Source: an uncultured archaeon
Lineage (GTDB): Archaea > Asgardarchaeota > Heimdallarchaeia > Heimdallarchaeales > Heimdallarchaeaceae
Length of the DNA: 20,770 nt
Reading direction: 5' to 3'
Assembly (NCBI GenBank): GCA_964549075.1
Contig: CAZJUB010000044.1
Coordinates: 1-20,770, forward strand
The position numbers were made by a program, and so were the translations under genes. Positions 7,980 through 16,341 of this stretch are shown here, one piece after another; positions within the stretch are counted from its first letter, which is position 1, and each line of letters starts with the position of its first letter. The notes beneath the pieces are model-generated. The model was not told the origin of the DNA. It made no database searches and worked only from the letters and a program-made list of their open reading frames with translations.

Positions 7980-9176
7980 TTATCTGATTTTTGAAAGAGC
8001 GTGATCCATATCTTCAATTAAATCATCGATATCTTCTAGACCAACTGACATTCGTATCATTGTATTAGGAATTCCTATAGCTAATCGCTCTTCTGAAGTT
8101 AATTGTTGATGTGTTGTAAATGCTGGATGAGTGGCTAGAGTCTTTGTGGTTCCTAAATGTCCTGTATGAACAATAAGTTCAAAAGAATCTATCACATTCT
8201 TAGCATCTTCTAATCCACCTTTAGTTACAAATGACATTAAACCGCTGAAACCTTTCATCTGTTTTTTGGCTAATTCATGTTGAGGATGATTTGATAATCC
8301 AGGATAAAGCACAGATTCAACTTTAGGATGATCTTCCAAATATTCAGCAAGAGCTAAAGTGTTGTCACTATGCTTTTTCATCCTTAAGCTTAATGTTTCC
8401 ATTCCAAGAAGTAAAAGCCAGCTATTGAAAGGGCTTATTGAAGGACCTATATTCCTATAATCTCGTTCATAGATATCGTCAATATAATCAGCTGAACCAG
8501 CCACTACACCAGAAATACTTGAAGAATTACCGCTCAGATATTTTGTAGCAGAATGAATGACTATATCTGCCCCTAGAGCAACAGGTTGTTGAAGAGCTGG
8601 TGATGCTACAGTGTTATCCACCATTAATGGAATTTCATTCTCATGAGCTAGTTTGGAGAGGGCAGGAATGTCCCCTACAAATAGATTGGGATTGGAAGGT
8701 GTTTCAACATAGAGAAACTTTGCATCTTTAGTTATTTTTTCAGACCAACTTTCAATATTTGAAGGATTTTCAATAAAAATAGGATTGAAACCCAATCTTG
8801 GTAAAGTGTCGGTGAATAACTTGTTTGTTCCGCCATAGACTTTATTTGAAGTAAGAAAACTATCTCCTTTCTCAAGTAAGTGGATACATGCCATGAAAAT
8901 AGCAGACATGCCTGAAGATGTTGCTAGTGCTTTATCAGTTAACTCAACTGCAGCTAGCCTCTCTTCAAACATCTTGTTAGTAGGATTATCCATTCGTCCG
9001 TACATGAAACCTTCAATTTCATATCTGAATAGTTTTGCAGCATACTCAGCACTTTCATAAGGATACGCAACACTTTGGTAGATAGGTGGAGTAATTGTTT
9101 GTGTTTTCAAAACATCATGACCCGTGTGAATACAATGAGTATCAAAACCATATTTTTTATCAGATTTTTTCTTCAT
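7980..9176 (-). CDS. PLP-dependent trans-sulfuration enzyme (Cys/Met metabolism family; O-acyl-homoserine sulfhydrylase MetZ/MetY-like or methionine gamma-lyase-like)
   Basis: PPIYQS, YGRMDNPT, SSGMSAI, ETPSNP, VDNT, HSATKY (PLP lysine), HPAFTTHQQL, IRMSVGLE. The THQQL tail favours the sulfhydrylase subgroup. Confidence 0.9.
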   Translation of the reverse strand: MKKKSDKKYGFDTHCIHTGHDVLKTQTITPPIYQSVAYPYESAEYAAKLFRYEIEGFMYGRMDNPTNKMFEERLAAVELTDKALATSSGMSAIFMACIHLLEKGDSFLTSNKVYGGTNKLFTDTLPRLGFNPIFIENPSNIESWSEKITKDAKFLYVETPSNPNLFVGDIPALSKLAHENEIPLMVDNTVASPALQQPVALGADIVIHSATKYLSGNSSSISGVVAGSADYIDDIYERDYRNIGPSISPFNSWLLLLGMETLSLRMKKHSDNTLALAEYLEDHPKVESVLYPGLSNHPQHELAKKQMKGFSGLMSFVTKGGLEDAKNVIDSFELIVHTGHLGTTKTLATHPAFTTHQQLTSEERLAIGIPNTMIRMSVGLEDIDDLIEDMDHALSKIR

Positions 9177-9264
9177 AATAGAATGAAATACAGAGAATTC
9201 TTAAGTTTTTCATATGCTCAAATTTCTTTTCTTTGCAATTAATATTCTCTAATTGAATGAGAGC

Positions 9265-9273
9265 ATATATAAA
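9265..9273 (+). promoter_or_regulatory. TATA box of the TM-RING gene
   Basis: ATATATAAA 27 nt before ATG 9301; supports 9301 over TTG 9253 as the start. Confidence 0.5.
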
Positions 9274-9300
9274 GTAGAAACAGCCATTATTTGCACAAGA

Positions 9301-10539
9301 ATGAGTAAAGTCAGGGCACTAAAAGATTTTATTAAAAGATTCTATTTAGAAATAATTGCTATAGTCTTTTTTATAGCAGCTTCAATAATTTTAGGTTTTT
9401 ATGTTGCTTTTTGGGACTTCATTCTGGCTGAAGCAATTATTATAACTTTAATGATAATAATGATTTTAATCTTAAGAAGGACAATAAATAGAATACATAA
9501 GGCAGATAGTAGATCTGTCAATCGTGCAACACATGCTGAAATGACTGTTGAGACTGAGTTTTCAAAATTAGCAAGAAGTGGCGATAGAGGTGCATTAATA
9601 TCTGGATCCACAGGAGCTCCTTATGGTTATGGCACTAGTGTAAGACCTATGATTAGTATGCATGAGATGGAATTTGGAGGTAAAACTAATGGTAAAACTC
9701 TATTTGGTCAAGTAAATATTCCAAAAAGTGAAATAAGTCTAAAAGAATTAAGACAGAGATTATTAGAAGTAAAAAATAACTTAACACAGAAAGAAAGAGC
9801 AATGCAAATTGAAGAACTAAACACCTTTGAAACTGTGATAAAAAGTGTAGGTGGTCAAGATATTAAAGTATTCAACGACGATTGGGGGTTGAGTTATTCA
9901 TTTAATTTCAACAAAAATGTTCAGAATCAAATCTTCTTAGGAGCAACTTTAGAAAGAAATCAAGATGGAAAGATTGTACTTGAAGGAATCTTAAAGAAAA
10001 CTCAACCTTTTGCTATTTCCATACATAATTTAGGTGATGGAGAAGATAACTATTCAACAATTAATGATTCATCCTTAAATTGGAAAACCATTTATCAACA
10101 AGAAGACATTAAAGAGTTGTTCAAGGAAATAGGCAGTTCTCTAGAACATTTGATGTTTGAAGAAAAGTACTTTACAGCAATTTTTAAGAATCTAACAGAC
10201 TTACTTTTAGTTATAGAACTAATTAGATTAATACACAGGGAATTATTAAGACAGGAATTCAAAAAATCAGAAATTGATGAAATCACTTGTTATAAATGTG
10301 GAACCATTTTATCTTCAAGTGATAAGGTTTGTTCAAAATGTAGTTCAAAAAGACCTACTTGCACTGTATGTCTTCTAGATCTTTATCCTTCAGAAAAACA
10401 AGATGTTGTTCAGACTCCTTGCTGTGGTGTTTATGCTCACAAACTCCATATGATTATGTGGTTAGAAAAAACTCAAAAATGCCCCAATTGCCAAAAACCG
10501 CAGATAAGATGGTTAAATCAACTAAAGAACTCTTTCTAA
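9301..10539 (+). CDS. Membrane protein with two N-terminal TM helices, a zinc ribbon and a C-terminal RING-like finger (putative E3 ligase)
   Basis: Hydrophobic IIAIVFFIAASIILGFYVAF and FILAEAIIITLMIIMILIL; CYKC...CSKC ribbon; CTVC...PCCGVYAHKLH...WL...CPNC RING-like motif with conserved Trp and CPxC. Confidence 0.8.
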   Translation: MSKVRALKDFIKRFYLEIIAIVFFIAASIILGFYVAFWDFILAEAIIITLMIIMILILRRTINRIHKADSRSVNRATHAEMTVETEFSKLARSGDRGALISGSTGAPYGYGTSVRPMISMHEMEFGGKTNGKTLFGQVNIPKSEISLKELRQRLLEVKNNLTQKERAMQIEELNTFETVIKSVGGQDIKVFNDDWGLSYSFNFNKNVQNQIFLGATLERNQDGKIVLEGILKKTQPFAISIHNLGDGEDNYSTINDSSLNWKTIYQQEDIKELFKEIGSSLEHLMFEEKYFTAIFKNLTDLLLVIELIRLIHRELLRQEFKKSEIDEITCYKCGTILSSSDKVCSKCSSKRPTCTVCLLDLYPSEKQDVVQTPCCGVYAHKLHMIMWLEKTQKCPNCQKPQIRWLNQLKNSF

Positions 10540-10677
10540 TTTTTTAATATTTGCAAATTAAAAGACAGATTATAGAGTGAACACACAGCACCATATTAGA
10601 TCAAAAGAACGATTGAAAGCAGTTGTAGCGATTGGGAAAATCTTAAAGCAGTAGAAAAAGTAAGAAATTCGAGATAT

Positions 10678-12015
10678 ATGTCATTAGAAGAAGTTTATCA
10701 AGAAATTGAAAAGAATAAAGAAGATTCTATAGATATTTTATGTGAATTATTAAAAATCCCGAGTATGGCAGCAAAGAAAACTGGAGCTCCAGAAGCAATT
10801 GAGTTTTTATCAAAAATTTTTGAAGAAGCAGGATTTAAGTATTTTATTTCTGAAACCAAAGGTAATCCTGTTTTTTGTGCTGAAATGAATGTCGGTTCTG
10901 AAAAGACTTTATTATTTTATGATCATTATGACGTTCAACCAGAAGATCCCGTAGATCTTTGGGATTCACCTCCTTTTGAGCCAGCAATTAGAGACGGAAA
11001 GATCTTTGCTCGTGGTGTTTCTGACAATAAGGGGGAGATTATCTGCCGATTACAAGCGATTAAAGCTTATAACAAAATTTATGGAAAACCTCCAATTAAC
11101 ATCAAATTTGTAATTGAAGGTGAGGAAGAAGTAGGTTCTCCAAATCTTGAAGAATTTGTCAATAACGACAAAGAATTCATTTCTGATGCTGATGGGTGTA
11201 TCTGGGAATTTGGTGGACGCGATGGAGATGGAATTCAACAAGTTTATCTCGGTGTTAAGGGGATTCTGTATCTTCATTTGAAAACAAGAACAATAGGAAG
11301 AGATGTTCATAGCGGTTATACTCAATTTGTAGATAATGCTGCATACGAGCTAGTATGGGCACTATCAATAATAAAAGATAGAAAAGATAAAATCCAAGTT
11401 CCAGGATTTTACGATAATATCTCAAAACCTTCAGCTGAAGATATGAAAATTATTAAAGAATTTGAGTTAAAAGAGGATTTATTAAAGAAGATGTATGGAA
11501 TAGAAGAATTCAGATTAGGATTAACAGGACTAGAATTAAAAAAGAAGTATTTTCTCGAACCTACTTGCAATATCTGTGGACTTTGGAGTGGTTATCAAGG
11601 ACCAGGAGGTAAAACAGTCACCCCCAATGAAGCTTTTGCTAAAGTTGATTTGAGATTAGTTCCAGGTCAGAATCCTAAAGATTTGATAGAGAAGATTCGT
11701 AAATTCTGGGATGAGAATAATTTTCAGCATATTGAGATCACCGAATGGGATGGTTATGAAGCAGCTAAAACTTCCATTAAAGACCCATTTGCAGTAGCTG
11801 TAATTGAGACTATTAAAGAAGTTGAAGGACATGAACCCATTATTTGGCCCATGGTGGGAGGCTCTGGTCCGATGTATCTTTTTGAAGGCGTTCCATGTAT
11901 TTCAATAGGTTGTGGTCATGCAAATTCAAATGCTCACGCTCCTAATGAAAATATTTTCATTGATGATTTTGTTGTTGGTATGAAAACTATTGCAAAATTA
12001 ATCCATCGATTCTAA
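10678..12015 (+). CDS. M20/M25/M40 metallopeptidase (ArgE/DapE/cytosolic dipeptidase-like)
   Basis: HYDVQP, ARGVSDNKG, EGEEEVGS, C-terminal HAPNE. Confidence 0.93.
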   Translation: MSLEEVYQEIEKNKEDSIDILCELLKIPSMAAKKTGAPEAIEFLSKIFEEAGFKYFISETKGNPVFCAEMNVGSEKTLLFYDHYDVQPEDPVDLWDSPPFEPAIRDGKIFARGVSDNKGEIICRLQAIKAYNKIYGKPPINIKFVIEGEEEVGSPNLEEFVNNDKEFISDADGCIWEFGGRDGDGIQQVYLGVKGILYLHLKTRTIGRDVHSGYTQFVDNAAYELVWALSIIKDRKDKIQVPGFYDNISKPSAEDMKIIKEFELKEDLLKKMYGIEEFRLGLTGLELKKKYFLEPTCNICGLWSGYQGPGGKTVTPNEAFAKVDLRLVPGQNPKDLIEKIRKFWDENNFQHIEITEWDGYEAAKTSIKDPFAVAVIETIKEVEGHEPIIWPMVGGSGPMYLFEGVPCISIGCGHANSNAHAPNENIFIDDFVVGMKTIAKLIHRF

Positions 12016-12032
12016 CTGGAATCGGTGCAAAC

Positions 12033-12040
12033 TTTTTTTT
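12033..12040 (+). terminator. Oligo-T run after the M20 gene
   Basis: T8 run 17 nt after the stop; may overlap the promoter of the next gene. Confidence 0.35.
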
Positions 12041-12066
12041 ATTACTTAAATACATCATTCATTATC

Positions 12067-13470
12067 ATGTGTGATACAGTTGTAGCAGTAGGAAGTGCGA
12101 CCAAAGATAAAAGTGTTATTTTTGGCAAAAACTCAAATAGAGTACCAAATGAAGCGCACAATATAGAATATATTAAAGGTAAGAAACACAAACCTAATTC
12201 TAAAGTTAAATGTACTTACATTTCTGTTCCTCAAGTTGAGCAGACTTATGATGTCTTACTTCTAAAACCATTCTGGATGTTTGGTTGTGAGATGGGGGCA
12301 AATGAACACGGAGTTACTATCGGTAATGAAGCAGTCTGGTCAAAAGAACCTATTCGAGACACTGGTTTGTTAGGTATGGATATGATGAGACTTGCTCTTG
12401 AAAGGACTAAAACAGCAAAAGATGCTTTAACCACAATTACTGATTTATTAGAAAAATATGGCCAAGGAGGACAGTGCTCATATGGAATTGTAGGGAGAGA
12501 TTACCATAATTCTTTCATTATTGCTGATTCAAAAGAAGCTTGGGTTCTTGAAACAGCTGATAAATATTGGATTGCTGAAAAAGTGAAAGGTATACGAACA
12601 ATTTCAAATTCACTCACAATAGGAAGCGAGTATGATTTGATTCATCCTGATTTAATTAAAGATGCTATAGCAAAAGGGTATACAAAATCAAAAGAAGAAT
12701 TTCATTTTGCTAATGATTTTATTCCTAATTTTAGATTTTATCATGCACTTAAAGAATCAAGTCCAAGATCACAATATTTTACTAAAGGATTTGACAGACA
12801 ACAATGTACTACAGCTTTACTTCTAAAAAACAAAGGAAAAATTACACCAGAAGATGTAATGTCGGTATTAAGAAATCACAACATTCCTGAAGAGAGAAAG
12901 GACACTTTTTCTTTGGATAAAGCAAAAGCAAGTAGTCCTTGTCACCATGCAACAGGTATGATTGTACCTGATCAAAGCGCTGGATCTCTTGTATCACATA
13001 TAAAGAAAAACATCCAAGTGCATTGGGTAACAGGCTCAACAGCGCCTTGTATTAGCACTTTTAAGCCGATATTTTTCCCGAAACCTGCACTAAAGAGAAA
13101 ATTAAAATTATCTGATGCGGTTTTTGACGCTGATGCATTTTGGTGGATGAACGAAAAATTCCAGAGATTAGTAAGTTTAGATTATCAAAAACGGTTATTT
13201 ATATTCAAACAAGAACGAGATGATTTAGAAAAAGAATTTTCAGAGCAAGTCCAAACCATTCTCAAAAAGGTTACTGGAAAACCTACTGAAGCAGATTTAA
13301 AGAAAATGGACAAAATCACTTCAGATGCCTTTTCAATTAGCATTAAGAAAGTTAAAGAGTGGACAAGAAAGATAGAGCAATTACCTATTGAAAATAAAAC
13401 TGGTTATCTTTACAGATTTTTCTGGAATAAACAGAATAAAGAAGTCAACTTAGAATTAAGTGATGCGTAG
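12067..13470 (+). CDS. Peptidase C69 / secernin-like Ntn-hydrolase dipeptidase
   Basis: Start reassigned to ATG 12067, giving MCDT (N-terminal Cys nucleophile); FGKNSNR..NE, GCEMGANEHGVTIGNEAV, LLGMDMMRLALER, YHNSFIIAD..EAWVLET. Confidence 0.9.
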   Translation: MCDTVVAVGSATKDKSVIFGKNSNRVPNEAHNIEYIKGKKHKPNSKVKCTYISVPQVEQTYDVLLLKPFWMFGCEMGANEHGVTIGNEAVWSKEPIRDTGLLGMDMMRLALERTKTAKDALTTITDLLEKYGQGGQCSYGIVGRDYHNSFIIADSKEAWVLETADKYWIAEKVKGIRTISNSLTIGSEYDLIHPDLIKDAIAKGYTKSKEEFHFANDFIPNFRFYHALKESSPRSQYFTKGFDRQQCTTALLLKNKGKITPEDVMSVLRNHNIPEERKDTFSLDKAKASSPCHHATGMIVPDQSAGSLVSHIKKNIQVHWVTGSTAPCISTFKPIFFPKPALKRKLKLSDAVFDADAFWWMNEKFQRLVSLDYQKRLFIFKQERDDLEKEFSEQVQTILKKVTGKPTEADLKKMDKITSDAFSISIKKVKEWTRKIEQLPIENKTGYLYRFFWNKQNKEVNLELSDA

Positions 13471-13541
13471 ATTCAGTGGTGCCGTTATTTTCATAGCATA
13501 CTAAATGCTCCAACGGTAAAACCTACATCACTATCCACGCA
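13464..13541 (-). ncRNA. Putative box C/D guide sRNA
   Basis: Minus strand: 9-bp terminal stem UGCGUGGAU/AUCUACGCA, C box GUGAUGU (13531-13525), 12-nt guide, D' UGGA, hairpin GCAU/AUGC, C' AUGAAAA, 11-nt guide, D box CUGA (13476-13473). Both motifs have k-turn geometry. Confidence 0.7.
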
Positions 13542-13559
13542 ATTTATTTTTATTTTTTA

Positions 13560-13578
13560 TTAACATAAAGGTATCCTT
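13560..13578 (-). promoter_or_regulatory. Conserved motif AAGGATACCTTTATGTTAA (copy 2) between the sRNA and the divergent 596-aa gene
   Basis: Near-identical to 6420-6439; palindromic core AAAGG-TAT-CCTTT. Confidence 0.45.
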
Positions 13579-13619
13579 TTACGATAACTTTAATTTAGGT
13601 TTATTCATAATATTTTGTA

Positions 13620-15410
13620 ATGATAGAAGTAATTCAGCAATTTTTAGAAAAAGAATATGAAGAAGCACAGCGAGTCCACAATCTGAAGCTTCAGTTTGAC
13701 CGTTATCGGACCATGAGTAAAAATCTTATTGATGAATATCAATCAGGTAGTTCTGGTTCAACAACACTTATTGTCTCAGCATTATACTCAGCTGATTATA
13801 TCATAACTTCTTCTGATGTTAAATTCGAACTTGAAGATTCAGCAAGAAGAAAAGAAATCATTGATATGTGGTCAAAACTATCTCTTCCTTCAGAGGATAT
13901 TTGGAACGAGATAACGCACATTGTTGCTTTTACATACAAAGTTACTTCAATCTTGAGAAAGAGATATTATTATCTTTTGGATCGAGGAGTAGCTAAACAT
14001 ATTGGAGCTGCTTTAGTAGCAGATTATTATACTAGACACTTACTGAAATTTGTTCGAGAAAAAGTGTCATTCATTCCTTTGTGGTGGATATCCACATTGA
14101 CTGAAACAGCTTTATGTCAAACCATATTCTCAACCACAAATAAAAAATGGGGAAATATGCAAAAAATACTTCAATCAAGTGATAGCGGAGTCATAGCACA
14201 GATTATTGCACGACACTTTGTAGATGAAACTGAAGGGGAACCAAATCAAGCCGTACCTATACCCTACTTTAATGAATCTACTGCATTCTATTACTTCACT
14301 TGGCAAGATGAGGAAACAAAAGGTGACAAATTCGAATCACTTCTTTCAGCTTTAAAAACACCTCAATTAGGAAAAGAATTCAAAAAAATCTCTAGTTTAC
14401 TCAGTGGTGATTATCCTCACCAACTTAAGTATATTAGAATGGGGGGTAAGCTTGAATCATTATCTGCTGAATTAAATTTCTTTCTTGTCCATGCCAAAAC
14501 AGAAAACGCTGAAGGATGGATTGGTTTACTAAGCCCGTTGGATGATATAAATCTACGAGAGATTGAATCTTTGCTGAAATTTAAATTAGAAGATATAAGC
14601 TCTTTAGAGGCTTATAAGAACGTACTACCTAAAGTGGATGTACTGACCAGAGCAAAAGAAGAAAGAGAGATTGTTGAAGAGAAAATGGAACTTGAAGAAA
14701 TGCCCAAACCAACAGGTTTCTTTGCCAAACTATCTGCTATTTTCAAGAGGAAAAAGAAGCCATCGTATAAAAAAACACAAGTTAAAAAAACCGTTCCAAT
14801 TGATGCTTGGTCAAGATTGATTTTAGATGAGATATTACTAGCTAGTGTTTCAGGAATAAGTTTAGGATTAGAAATTTATGATGCTTATAGAGAAGATAAC
14901 TTTACTATAAGTGGAGTGATAGAATCACAACAAAAAGTAGATACATCTTCTTCATTCTATAAAGAAGAAAAACAGCCACCTACAACTTTCTATTCTGAAG
15001 CTCCTATACAATTTCCATCAGAATTTCTTGATCCTGTAATAGGAGTACTTAGTATTGCTAAAAATTTCATCACTATGAGTTTTAAAGAAAAGATAAATTT
15101 CATTGTTCCAGAAGAAGCGTTTTATGAAAACAAACTCAATCCAGAAGTTTTCAGATTAGTCGAGTTTGTTAAAGGGGAAAAAGTGCTTATAGGTATTCTT
15201 GCTGAAAAACAAGCTCGAACAGCTATGACTTATGCACAACAAGAACCTACATATCAGCGAAGATCATTAATTCGAAAAGCAAATGAAATGATTCATGCAC
15301 GAAGAGTCAATAACATAATTGACGCTGGAAAAAGGACTTTAGCAAGAGAGATTAACTGGGATACAGTAAACAAAAGTTTCGAAGAAAATCCAATTTATTA
15401 TGAAGCTTAA
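13620..15410 (+). CDS. Hypothetical protein (596 aa), possibly two longin-like domains flanking an amphipathic/polybasic helix
   Basis: Long ORF with ATG, upstream TATA-like TTTAATTTA and downstream T7 run; internal GFFAKLSAIFKRKKK; the domain guess is inference. Confidence 0.8.
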   Translation: MIEVIQQFLEKEYEEAQRVHNLKLQFDRYRTMSKNLIDEYQSGSSGSTTLIVSALYSADYIITSSDVKFELEDSARRKEIIDMWSKLSLPSEDIWNEITHIVAFTYKVTSILRKRYYYLLDRGVAKHIGAALVADYYTRHLLKFVREKVSFIPLWWISTLTETALCQTIFSTTNKKWGNMQKILQSSDSGVIAQIIARHFVDETEGEPNQAVPIPYFNESTAFYYFTWQDEETKGDKFESLLSALKTPQLGKEFKKISSLLSGDYPHQLKYIRMGGKLESLSAELNFFLVHAKTENAEGWIGLLSPLDDINLREIESLLKFKLEDISSLEAYKNVLPKVDVLTRAKEEREIVEEKMELEEMPKPTGFFAKLSAIFKRKKKPSYKKTQVKKTVPIDAWSRLILDEILLASVSGISLGLEIYDAYREDNFTISGVIESQQKVDTSSSFYKEEKQPPTTFYSEAPIQFPSEFLDPVIGVLSIAKNFITMSFKEKINFIVPEEAFYENKLNPEVFRLVEFVKGEKVLIGILAEKQARTAMTYAQQEPTYQRRSLIRKANEMIHARRVNNIIDAGKRTLAREINWDTVNKSFEENPIYYEA

Positions 15411-15417
15411 TTGGCAC

Positions 15418-15424
15418 TTTTTTT
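15418..15424 (+). terminator. Oligo-T terminator candidate
   Basis: T7 run 7 nt after the stop at 15410. Confidence 0.45.
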
Positions 15425-15534
15425 CCTTCGAGTTTTTATTTCAATCTGCGGATAAAACTATTAGAAAGTATATATTATTTCATATTAGTAATAGCTCAAG
15501 AAGAAATTTCATAATTGGCTAGGGGTTCCAAGAA

Positions 15535-16335
15535 ATGATAGATCAAGCGAACAACGCTAAGCAGTTCTTTTTAAGAGGACAAAAGGATTTCAAGGATGGT
15601 AATTACCAGAATTGTATTAAGGACCTCATTTACGCTCAAGAGATTTTTTCTTCTATTGGTATGAAAGAGCAATCAGCTCAAGCTTTACTTTTAACAGCTC
15701 AAGCTTATCAAAATATTAACCAATTTTCTCAAGCCAGACAATTTTACTCGCTTGCTTTTAGTAGATTCAAAGAATTAAACAATCTTCAAAAGATAGGTGA
15801 TTGTGCGTTGGTTCTAGGAATTATCTATCGCGAAGAAGGAGATTTTAAAAAGAGTAAACAAAACCTTGCAGAAGCTATTGAAGTCTTTACTACTTTGAAC
15901 GATTTTGAGAAACTTGCCGACTCATGGAGAGGATTAGCTCTAACCTACCAAACTAATCTATCGCAGTATTCAGAACATCCAGTACACTCAATTAATGCAT
16001 ACAGAAAAGCCATCTTACTATACAAAAAAATCAAACTTTTTGATAAAAAGGCAGAAACTGAGCACGATCTTGGGCACATACTCGTATCACAATCCAAGTA
16101 TCAAGAAGCTCTAGAAGTTTTTCAAGAAGCATTAAATTACTATAAAAAACAAGATGATAAAGAACAGATCATTCCAATATCTATTCTTATTGGCAGAATT
16201 TATTTCGAGTTAGGTAAAAAACCAAAAGCTAAAGATTTTATGACCAAAGCTATTGAAGAGATGAAAAAATACGATTATTCTCCAGAAAAGATCAATATGT
16301 TGAAGCAATCAATTGTTGCAATGTTTAGCAGCTAA
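15535..16335 (+). CDS. Tetratricopeptide-repeat protein (long ~40-aa TPR/SNAP-like repeats)
   Basis: Repeated patterns such as LGIIYREEGDFKKSKQNLAEAIEVF, LGHILVSQSKYQEALEVFQEALNYY, IGRIYFELGKKPKAKDFMTKAIE. Confidence 0.88.
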   Translation: MIDQANNAKQFFLRGQKDFKDGNYQNCIKDLIYAQEIFSSIGMKEQSAQALLLTAQAYQNINQFSQARQFYSLAFSRFKELNNLQKIGDCALVLGIIYREEGDFKKSKQNLAEAIEVFTTLNDFEKLADSWRGLALTYQTNLSQYSEHPVHSINAYRKAILLYKKIKLFDKKAETEHDLGHILVSQSKYQEALEVFQEALNYYKKQDDKEQIIPISILIGRIYFELGKKPKAKDFMTKAIEEMKKYDYSPEKINMLKQSIVAMFSS

Positions 16336-16341
16336 ATACAA

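Noticed and set aside
13464-13541. Element interpreted as a SECIS, tRNA or attachment site (contains GGCACCA)
   Set aside because: No cloverleaf or T-loop, no continuous SECIS helix II, no selenoprotein gene on that strand, and no integrase or second att copy
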